Positions 46,751-54,677 of a stretch of 64,000 nucleotides of DNA are shown here, piece after piece. Under the pieces are notes generated by a model that was given only the letters and a program-made list of their open reading frames with translations, was not told where the DNA came from and searched no databases. This DNA comes from a virus (Duplodnaviria; Heunggongvirae; Uroviricota; Caudoviricetes). Position numbers and translations under genes: made by a program. The stretch is taken from the IMG/VR virus record IMGVR_UViG_3300028886_000034, positions 220,120 to 284,119 of that record; one strand, 5' to 3'. Position 1 is the stretch's first letter. Each line of letters starts with the position of its first letter.

Positions 46751-48139
46751 TTAAATACCTATTGTAACTGCAGTTATCCCTTTAATAAGATACTTAGTTT
46801 CGTTATCATCTTTGGGATATCCCACAATAACAGTTCTAGTTTTAGCTATCTTATTAATAAGACCACCAATATTACTGTCATCTTGCAAATCACTAATTAT
46901 AATTAGCAATTCATCATTCTTACTAACAGATACTAAGTACTTAATGCCCTCGTATAATGAAGTTCCTCCTCCACTGTACTGAAGAGCATCTAATACTTTT
47001 TTCTTATTAGCATTCCTAATGTCGTTTACTAAATCTGTATTCCACAATATCAAATGCTCTAAACCATTATTAAACTGAGATAATACTGCCACATTTTCTG
47101 CAGCTTTTATCATACTAGCACTCATACTACTAGATACATCTACAAATACTGATACTGCCCTATACCTAGATACTTTATGACCTGGAAAACAATCATACCG
47201 CCTATTAGGTCTTCTCCAAGTTCTAATTTTACTAGTGGTTCTACTTCCTAAACCGTCAATATACTTAGATACAATTTTAGTCCAAAGCTTCTTATTAGTA
47301 CTTTTAGGCTTTGCTCTGCCTATAAATTTAAGAACATCTTCTACAACATATACTGATTGATCACTAACTTCTTGAGCAATTTTTTCAATTTCCTCAGATA
47401 TAGCTTGCTTTTCATATTCTTCTGCAATACTTTTATCCTGAGAACTTAACTCATCTTCATTATCAATAATAATTTTAACTAGATCACCAACTGTTACATC
47501 TTGACGTACTTCACTAGAACCACCTCCTGAATTTCCACTCGAAGACTCATCACCTTTTTCGTCGCTTTCTGAATTATCTGTATCCTGTTGCATACTATTC
47601 TGCCGATTCTGCTGCTTCATTAAATCCTCTAAAATATTATAAATCTCGTCTCTAGTATATGACCTATCATAAATATCATATACTCCAGCATAAAACATTC
47701 GTTTCTTTTCATTATTAGGCTTTGATTTAAAAAGCTTAGTACATGGAATTAAGTTACTAGATACTTTAACTAAAGTATTATCAGTTATAATACATGAATT
47801 AATTCTAGAATCTGCGGCAATATTCAATAGCATATGATTTTTCTCAGGCTCAATATTATCAAAATCTCCAAATAAGACATGGCATGCTTCATGTACAAGC
47901 ACCCAAGCTAATTGAGGAATCCCCATCATATTAAAGTCTTTACCAGATTCATTAAATAAGTTTTGATTATACTCAACAATAACTTCTCCATTTTGAAGAT
48001 AAGTTCTGGCGATAAAAGAATCATCGCCAGATACTTTAGGTATAATTATACTTTTATTCAATAACCTATATGCCATGCATTTAACTACTTCATCACTTGC
48101 ACAATTTTGTCTTAAATAATCAAGAGCTTTCTTATGCAT
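46751..48139 (-). CDS. HEXXH metallopeptidase-like plus VWA domain protein (DUF2201-type)
   Basis: LVHEACHV, NIAADSRIN, TWRRPNRR...PG, VFVDVSSSM (MIDAS), GGGTSL, IISD. Confidence 0.85.
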   Translation of the reverse strand: MHKKALDYLRQNCASDEVVKCMAYRLLNKSIIIPKVSGDDSFIARTYLQNGEVIVEYNQNLFNESGKDFNMMGIPQLAWVLVHEACHVLFGDFDNIEPEKNHMLLNIAADSRINSCIITDNTLVKVSSNLIPCTKLFKSKPNNEKKRMFYAGVYDIYDRSYTRDEIYNILEDLMKQQNRQNSMQQDTDNSESDEKGDESSSGNSGGGSSEVRQDVTVGDLVKIIIDNEDELSSQDKSIAEEYEKQAISEEIEKIAQEVSDQSVYVVEDVLKFIGRAKPKSTNKKLWTKIVSKYIDGLGSRTTSKIRTWRRPNRRYDCFPGHKVSRYRAVSVFVDVSSSMSASMIKAAENVAVLSQFNNGLEHLILWNTDLVNDIRNANKKKVLDALQYSGGGTSLYEGIKYLVSVSKNDELLIIISDLQDDSNIGGLINKIAKTRTVIVGYPKDDNETKYLIKGITAVTIGI

Positions 48140-48740
48140 GATATGCCATCCTATCTACAGCATCAACTACCCAAGGATGATATTCAAACTTTACGGCCTT
48201 ATTTTCATAATCCTTATAAGATAACAATGGATATGGCATCAAACAATCTTCACTAGGTGGAGATGTCAGAAATCCATCATCAATTGATTTAAGTAAACAC
48301 TGTTTAAACTCCGTTAGATATGTAACAAATGAACTAATATATGGAACTGCACAAATATAATATGTATCTGCTTGATTTAAAGTTGCTAACATAAAATTGT
48401 GGCGTAAAGCCAATAAAGAATAATCATCATTGCAATAATACATTGTTCTAAGCTTAACATTTTTTCTATTAGACTTAGGAAAAATGTCTCTTTTATTTAA
48501 TCTAAAATCATATCCACCTACAGATACTTCACTCGCGACTGGATTAAAAGTTAATATCAATTCGCTTATAATGGATTTATTTAGAAACTTAATTAAAGTA
48601 TCAAAGTAATTCTCATACTCTACTCTATTTGAAGGAATCTTTTTCAAACCAAGCAGATCAGAAGATTCTCCAATACTAGCATACATACTTATCCACAAAC
48701 CCCCTAGGTTCTTTATTTGAATCTTTTGAATTTTATCCAT
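48132..48740 (-). CDS. hypothetical protein, middle gene of AAA/VWA cassette 2
   Basis: 202 aa between the AAA and VWA genes. Confidence 0.7.
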   Translation of the reverse strand: MDKIQKIQIKNLGGLWISMYASIGESSDLLGLKKIPSNRVEYENYFDTLIKFLNKSIISELILTFNPVASEVSVGGYDFRLNKRDIFPKSNRKNVKLRTMYYCNDDYSLLALRHNFMLATLNQADTYYICAVPYISSFVTYLTEFKQCLLKSIDDGFLTSPPSEDCLMPYPLLSYKDYENKAVKFEYHPWVVDAVDRMAYHA

Positions 48741-48758
48741 GCACCTATAACTCCTTTC

Positions 48759-49790
48759 TTACATATTCCATAAAGACTCAACTACATCATTATTAAATAC
48801 TTCCAATGTTGTCTCATTCCAAGTATTCATAGATGCCAAAATCATCTTTCGATTTTTTTCAGAAATAAATTTTAGGTAATTATCTCTAATTTCTACATAC
48901 TCTTCCATTGAAATTGTTTCATCGTTAAGGATATAATCCAAAGAACTCATCTTTTCAGATTCAGACGTAGTAGAATTATTTAAAACATCTTCTAGCCTGT
49001 TCTTTAGAGTTGCCTTATCATTTCTTAAGCATTCTCTAATTAGACTAGAATTGGTATTAACATATGCTTCTCCAAGAATACCTTTAAGTGCTTTTTCTAC
49101 TACTGGAAATACATAATAATCTGAATTAGTTTTAGCACACTCAATTACACCAATTGCTTTACTAAAACTTCTGTTATTTGGAATCTGATTAATTTGTACA
49201 CTGGTTTGATGTGCTGTTAAAAACTCTTTCATATTACTGATAAGCTTAGTTTTATATGAAGCATTTTCAACATTAAGATTCTTTTGTGCCCATTCATTCC
49301 AAGCGGCAGGATCATTAGTTACTTCTAGTTTAAACAGTCGAGATGAAATGGCTAAGTCATCAAACGAATTAACCATATCATAATCGTCTGTATCTGGATT
49401 AAATGCAACTATAACCCAACAATCCTCTGGGAGAACTGCACCATGATGAAGCTCTCCACTAAGAAGCATAGGCATTAATGCATTAATAACTTGCTTATCC
49501 GCTCGGTTAAACTCATCAAGAAATACAACACAATCTTTCTCTCTTGGAAACCAATCTGGAATAGCCCATTTCATTACATCTCCTTCTCTATAAGGGAATC
49601 CAGATAAATCATCTACATTAACTACCGCAGTATTAATTATAACTAATTTCTTTTTATGCTTCTTTGAAATATCTTTAACTAAATCAGTTTTGCCTACTCC
49701 TGTATTGCCTATAAGACAGGGAACCCCCTGTCTACTCAGGCAAATCAGTTCCACTGCTCTCTGAACAATCTCTCTCGATGATATCGGCAT
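48759..49790 (-). CDS. MoxR/dynein-related AAA+ ATPase
   Basis: GNTGVGKT, DLSGFP, FLDEFNRA, VAFNP, DLAISSRL. Confidence 0.9.
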   Translation of the reverse strand: MPISSREIVQRAVELICLSRQGVPCLIGNTGVGKTDLVKDISKKHKKKLVIINTAVVNVDDLSGFPYREGDVMKWAIPDWFPREKDCVVFLDEFNRADKQVINALMPMLLSGELHHGAVLPEDCWVIVAFNPDTDDYDMVNSFDDLAISSRLFKLEVTNDPAAWNEWAQKNLNVENASYKTKLISNMKEFLTAHQTSVQINQIPNNRSFSKAIGVIECAKTNSDYYVFPVVEKALKGILGEAYVNTNSSLIRECLRNDKATLKNRLEDVLNNSTTSESEKMSSLDYILNDETISMEEYVEIRDNYLKFISEKNRKMILASMNTWNETTLEVFNNDVVESLWNM

Positions 49791-50118
49791 TATCCAGTTC
49801 CTCCTTATTCATAGTACGTAAAATAGTTTGCCTATCTTGAAATCTCTTCAACTCACATTTATTATAAGTTTCGTCATACAAAGGACATAACCTACAATCC
49901 TCCTTATTCTTTTCATGAAGTTCAATTGCTTCAAGAAATGCATTATACTTACTATACCTTGGATTCAATACTTTACTAAGTTTATCTTTCCAATTATCAA
50001 TATTAAAAAGATGTGCTGCACAGTCGAAACCGTGCAGCACTTTAATATTAAGTTTACATCCTTGACAGTTTAGTTCATTACATTTGTATAGTTCCTTAAG
50101 TATTTCTTTTACTTTCAC
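49732..50118 (-). CDS. small Cys-rich hypothetical protein
   Basis: CNELNCQGC and CRLCPLY...C, possible Zn binding. Confidence 0.65.
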   Translation of the reverse strand: MKVKEILKELYKCNELNCQGCKLNIKVLHGFDCAAHLFNIDNWKDKLSKVLNPRYSKYNAFLEAIELHEKNKEDCRLCPLYDETYNKCELKRFQDRQTILRTMNKEELDNADIIERDCSESSGTDLPE

Positions 50119-51479
50119 GACCTATCCCCCCATAACGGAATTATTTTAATATTACCGCTAAAATAATCTTTAGCTCTACTAATATCACTTTGAACTAAAC
50201 CTAAAATTATTCTATGTGTTTTAGCTAGTTCATTCAAAATCTCATAATCCACAGGACTTGTACACATATCTGATATAATAATCAAAAGATTTGTTTTACC
50301 TTTTTTAGCTAATTGTTTAAACCCTTCTCCTAATGAAGTTCCACCTCTAGAACCTATTTGTAGAGATTTTAACTTTTTAGTATTAATGTTAAACCATTCG
50401 CCACACTGTTCGGTATCCCAAGTTAAGAAATACTTAATTCTACCTAAGAAAGTTGCTATCGAACAAATATGACTAATTGCTTTTGGAATCTCTTGGCTCA
50501 TACTTCCAGAAACATCTACAAATACAGAGCATTCTTGATACTTCTCTCTGCACTTACCAATATAGCCTTCACCAAGTCTTCTACTGAATCTATTCCAAGT
50601 AGACCTGTAACAATTACTAACATGAACCCCGTTAATCTCTTTACTTAAAGCTCTAACCCATGCAGATTTAAGTCTTTCTTCAGGAATTTTCTTCATCTCA
50701 AACAATGGGTTTTTGTCTTTGAAGTATTTACTAAGTTCTTTTTCAACATCTTCAAGCTCTTTATTTAAAGCATCTGCAAAGCCTTTAAAAATTCTATCTG
50801 TATGCCGTTCTGGAGCACCAGTATCCCACTCTGAATGACTAGATCCAGGTAACTCTCCAGGATACGCCACGAGTTTTTCGGGTATATTTGCTCTAACAAA
50901 ATCATACATTACTTTCCAATCAGGAATATCATCTTCTACTTCAAAACCAATAGGATATCCCTCAAATGAAGGCGGAGTAAATGTACCATCATCATTAATC
51001 TTTGGATTTTCAATTACTATACATCCTTCGATTTTGGAAATACTTCTATAGTAATCCACAATCTGCGTTATTGTGCAATGCTTCACATCCTCTCCGAATA
51101 CTTTGAAATAACCAGTATTCCAGAGATATGAATTGATTTGTGAATCCATTGCAATATTCATACATTTCATAGAATCATCAGCTTTAACTGGTACACTGCA
51201 ATGCCTAAACAAAATATGACACGCTTCATGCGCCAGCATTGTAGAAATTCTTTCAATATAAATTTGATCATCTTCACTTTGAATATCTTCAAATTCAGGG
51301 TTATATCGTATGATATAACCCTTATGAAAATCAACATGTGCAGTTTTAATAGATGTATCTATTTCAATAGGAGTTACCTTCAAGCAATACTCTATCAGCA
51401 GATTAAAGTAATTCACCCCCTCACTTCCATAAGATTTATTATGTATAACTTCCAGCGCTTTTTTAGTAAGATCATCCAT
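50115..51479 (-). CDS. HEXXH metallopeptidase-like plus VWA domain protein (DUF2201-type)
   Basis: IKTAHV, LAHEACHILFRH, NIAMDSQIN, HSEW, TWNRFSRR, VFVDVSGSM, RGGTSL, IISD. Confidence 0.85.
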   Translation of the reverse strand: MDDLTKKALEVIHNKSYGSEGVNYFNLLIEYCLKVTPIEIDTSIKTAHVDFHKGYIIRYNPEFEDIQSEDDQIYIERISTMLAHEACHILFRHCSVPVKADDSMKCMNIAMDSQINSYLWNTGYFKVFGEDVKHCTITQIVDYYRSISKIEGCIVIENPKINDDGTFTPPSFEGYPIGFEVEDDIPDWKVMYDFVRANIPEKLVAYPGELPGSSHSEWDTGAPERHTDRIFKGFADALNKELEDVEKELSKYFKDKNPLFEMKKIPEERLKSAWVRALSKEINGVHVSNCYRSTWNRFSRRLGEGYIGKCREKYQECSVFVDVSGSMSQEIPKAISHICSIATFLGRIKYFLTWDTEQCGEWFNINTKKLKSLQIGSRGGTSLGEGFKQLAKKGKTNLLIIISDMCTSPVDYEILNELAKTHRIILGLVQSDISRAKDYFSGNIKIIPLWGDRS

Positions 51480-52185
51480 TAGAAGTCTCCTCCAGATCTT
51501 TAAACTTCTTATACGGAACTCTCTCAACCAACTCAAATTCCTTATTGTATCTATTCAAATAAGTCTGGCCGTCTTTATCTGCAATAAAACTCAAATCAAA
51601 AGTAGTAAACACTTTTTCATCTTCAATATAAATTGGAAGACAAGGAAGATGCTTCCAGGGAATATCCTTATCTTTACCAGTTTTACTAATATCCATAACA
51701 CTCTCAATAAACTCAAGATCATGATTCAAAAACTTCTTAAGATATTCTCTGCTTTTAATCAAAGATACCTTATGAATCAGATTTTCTTTAACTGACCACA
51801 AAATAAACTGATTTGTAAGACTCTCATCTTCACTATAAATAATACAATCAGAATACTTGAAAACCTGATCCTTGTCACTAGCTCTATGGGCAAATGTTTT
51901 TCTAAACTGAGACCTATCGTAATTCTCCTTATCATAAGGAGCCGTAAAATAATTTCTACAAATTGTAATATTGTTAATCTCCGGAACTACTGCATTTGCA
52001 AGAGCTATAAATTTACAATGGCTAAGAACATTTGTTTGAAATGATTCAACAATTGCCCTAATAGTTACTAGACCTTCCAACTCAGACGGACAGTTTTTAA
52101 TAAACTTAGCATACATCTCATCATTACCATCCATGAAACAACGAAAGAAACGAAAATCAGCAGCAGCAATGTTTTCAATACCCAT
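51472..52185 (-). CDS. hypothetical protein, middle gene of AAA/VWA cassette 1
   Basis: 237 aa between the AAA and VWA genes. Confidence 0.7.
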   Translation of the reverse strand: MGIENIAAADFRFFRCFMDGNDEMYAKFIKNCPSELEGLVTIRAIVESFQTNVLSHCKFIALANAVVPEINNITICRNYFTAPYDKENYDRSQFRKTFAHRASDKDQVFKYSDCIIYSEDESLTNQFILWSVKENLIHKVSLIKSREYLKKFLNHDLEFIESVMDISKTGKDKDIPWKHLPCLPIYIEDEKVFTTFDLSFIADKDGQTYLNRYNKEFELVERVPYKKFKDLEETSNG

Positions 52186-52186
52186 T

Positions 52187-53269
52187 CTAGTTATCCTCCT
52201 TATTGTACTTTTTAAGCTTCTGGTTATACATGTCAGCTTCCATATTCTTGATAGTAATCATCATTTCTGTAACTCTACCAATATATGGACCCTTAATCTC
52301 CGGGAGTACTTCAAGAAATTGACCTGGGAACTTTTTAGAATTCTCTTTTACAAACTCAAACAGCCTATCAATCATAACTTCATCTTGAACTGGTTTTTCC
52401 AAAGCTCTGAGCAATTCATTCTTAATCTGAAGCATATTTACAATATCAACTTCAGTATCCAAAATCTCACCCAATGTCCTCTCCACATCTTCTTGAAACT
52501 CAGAAATAATTGCTGTAGAGTTTATCGACACAAAATCTGCACCAACGATTCCTTTACACGCTGTCAGCAATACCTCTTCTGTAAAGAACTTATCATTATT
52601 TTCAGCATTATACTTTTTAGCTGTTTTAATCATATCAACCATTTTTGCAAATGACCGAGGATTAGGTTTCTGAATATCTGGGAGAACTTTATCTGCATTC
52701 TGAAGAGTTGATTCCATAAGATTCTCCAAATGCTTTGTAGCTCTGCCTGTACTCTTAACCCAATTTCTCCAGCTAAGTGTATCAATACCAAGATTCAGCA
52801 TACACATTCTTGAAAATACCGCCCTATCTTCGAATGAGTTTACCAAATCATAATCATCGGTGTCTGGATTTGATGCTGTCATAATCCAGACACCTTTAGG
52901 AAGAACATGCTCGTGTAAAGACCCACTCAAAATGAATGGAAGAAGTGCATTAAGTGTGTTCTTCTCAGCACGATTAATCTCATCAATTAGCAGCAGATAC
53001 TTTCCATGCTTTGGAAACCAAAATGGCTTAGTCCAATGCGTTTCTTTTGTTTCATGGTCAATGTACGGAATCCCAATCAGATCCTCAGTATTATTAATAG
53101 CTGAATTAAATGCATAAAACTCCCTTCCAGTCATCTCAGCGATATGTGATGCCATATCGGTTTTCCCATAGCCAGTTGGCCCAACAACATGCGCTGCTGT
53201 ACCGCTCATCATTGCCAACATAGCCGCTCTCTCAACTATTTCACGACTTCCAAGAACTTCAACTTCCAT
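52187..53269 (-). CDS. MoxR/dynein-related AAA+ ATPase
   Basis: GPTGYGKT, DLIGIP, LIDEINRA, TASNP, DRAVFSR, PNPRS. Confidence 0.9.
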   Translation of the reverse strand: MEVEVLGSREIVERAAMLAMMSGTAAHVVGPTGYGKTDMASHIAEMTGREFYAFNSAINNTEDLIGIPYIDHETKETHWTKPFWFPKHGKYLLLIDEINRAEKNTLNALLPFILSGSLHEHVLPKGVWIMTASNPDTDDYDLVNSFEDRAVFSRMCMLNLGIDTLSWRNWVKSTGRATKHLENLMESTLQNADKVLPDIQKPNPRSFAKMVDMIKTAKKYNAENNDKFFTEEVLLTACKGIVGADFVSINSTAIISEFQEDVERTLGEILDTEVDIVNMLQIKNELLRALEKPVQDEVMIDRLFEFVKENSKKFPGQFLEVLPEIKGPYIGRVTEMMITIKNMEADMYNQKLKKYNKEDN

Positions 53270-53317
53270 AACAAATATCCTCCTTAAAATCCAAAGATTG
53301 TCGATCTTATTAATATA

Positions 53318-53330
53318 ATATACTTACAAA
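53318..53330 (-). promoter_or_regulatory. candidate phage promoter motif TTTGTAAGTATAT
   Basis: 53311-53337 matches 5810-5836 at 24 of 27 positions. Confidence 0.55.
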
Positions 53331-53339
53331 GTTTGACAT

Positions 53340-53391
53340 AGAAAAATAGAGAGAATACCCTTATAATTAGAATATTCTCTCTATTTTCTCT
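53340..53391 (-). terminator. stem-loop after the SSB-like gene
   Basis: AAAATAGAGAGAATA / TATTCTCTCTATTTT arms. Confidence 0.65.
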
Positions 53392-53397
53392 ACTTAC

Positions 53398-54201
53398 TTA
53401 AAATGGAATATCATCCTCAGAATTCATAGAATCAATATCCATCACTGGTGGAAGGTCTGGGATATCATCAGGTGCTGGCCTACTAGCTCTATAGGACGTT
53501 GGCTGAGGATTCTGCTCAGGATTACTAGAGTAATTATTTCTGGAATAACCCTGATTAGAATTACCACCAGAAGATGCACCATACTTAAAAGTATAAGTAT
53601 CGTCCATAACCATTCTTTCCATTGCAATAGCACAACAAAGCGCAAACTTTCTTGCCACATTCTCATCCATATACATGGTAACGGTCTTATTATCTTTACT
53701 AAGACTAATTCCAATACCCATAGGATTCATCTTATTCTTGAATACCTTAAGAATAGACGATTTTCCATCAAACTGATGATAAATATTTTCACCATATACA
53801 ACCATATTACCCTGCTTATCAGTTTCATAAACAGGTCTTCCCTGCTCTTCAACTGGCTTACCGGTTTTAATATCATAAACAGGTTTAGGAGTACCAAGTC
53901 TTCTCAGGAAATAACTATCTGAATACTTACTGAAAAGTGCCAACTCATCGGTACTAAGACTGATTACAATCTTATCATCTTTCCAGTTGCACATAGTTTT
54001 GTAACCTTTACCTGACTCATTCTTAACCGAGTTACCATTACACATCTCAATAGAACAACTCATATCATGACTACCATCCTTATAGTCAGTTCTATTAAGA
54101 GTCAACTGGAAACCTGCATCTTTAGAATAAGTCTGAAGCATAGTTACCTTTGTTCCACTGGCTCTTTCCTTACCGCGTCTGCTCATAAAACTATCACTCA
54201 T
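53398..54201 (-). CDS. single-stranded DNA-binding protein, Whirly-like core with SSB-type acidic tail
   Basis: G/N/S/Q-rich linker ending EDDIPF; core NWKDDKIVISLSTDELA..IYH...SILKV..GIGISLS resembles the Whirly pattern. Confidence 0.6.
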   Translation of the reverse strand: MSDSFMSRRGKERASGTKVTMLQTYSKDAGFQLTLNRTDYKDGSHDMSCSIEMCNGNSVKNESGKGYKTMCNWKDDKIVISLSTDELALFSKYSDSYFLRRLGTPKPVYDIKTGKPVEEQGRPVYETDKQGNMVVYGENIYHQFDGKSSILKVFKNKMNPMGIGISLSKDNKTVTMYMDENVARKFALCCAIAMERMVMDDTYTFKYGASSGGNSNQGYSRNNYSSNPEQNPQPTSYRASRPAPDDIPDLPPVMDIDSMNSEDDIPF

Positions 54202-54233
54202 TATAAAAACCCTCCTTAAGGTTAGTATAAACT

Positions 54234-54677
54234 TTATTCTTCATCATTATCTGAAGTATACTTAGACAGAATCATATCAACTTTTTCATTTGCATTAGCT
54301 ATTAAAATATCTACAATACATTCAATTAATCTTGTTACTAGTACTAAACTAGACACAATAAGCATGCTATCACTAACAGTAAAATTAACATTAATGTTCA
54401 TAAACTTAATTGCCCATACACTAACTGGATACATATGACAAATCAGACCAATTACAATTTTATACATAAATGGAAGACTTTCAAAATATAGATTATAAAA
54501 GAGTACTCCCAAGAATGCTAGGCAACTAAGAGTAGAGCCCATATCATTAATATCTGCAAAACTATTCAAAAAATCGCCACGTTTATCTAGTTTATCCAGT
54601 TCAAGTTTATCATTCTTGCTCATAATTTTGTCCAAATCAATATCTTTATTAGAGTTCAATTTGAATACCTCCACCAT
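54234..54677 (-). CDS. membrane protein
   Basis: Two or three hydrophobic segments; start uncertain. Confidence 0.65.
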   Translation of the reverse strand: MVEVFKLNSNKDIDLDKIMSKNDKLELDKLDKRGDFLNSFADINDMGSTLSCLAFLGVLFYNLYFESLPFMYKIVIGLICHMYPVSVWAIKFMNINVNFTVSDSMLIVSSLVLVTRLIECIVDILIANANEKVDMILSKYTSDNDEE

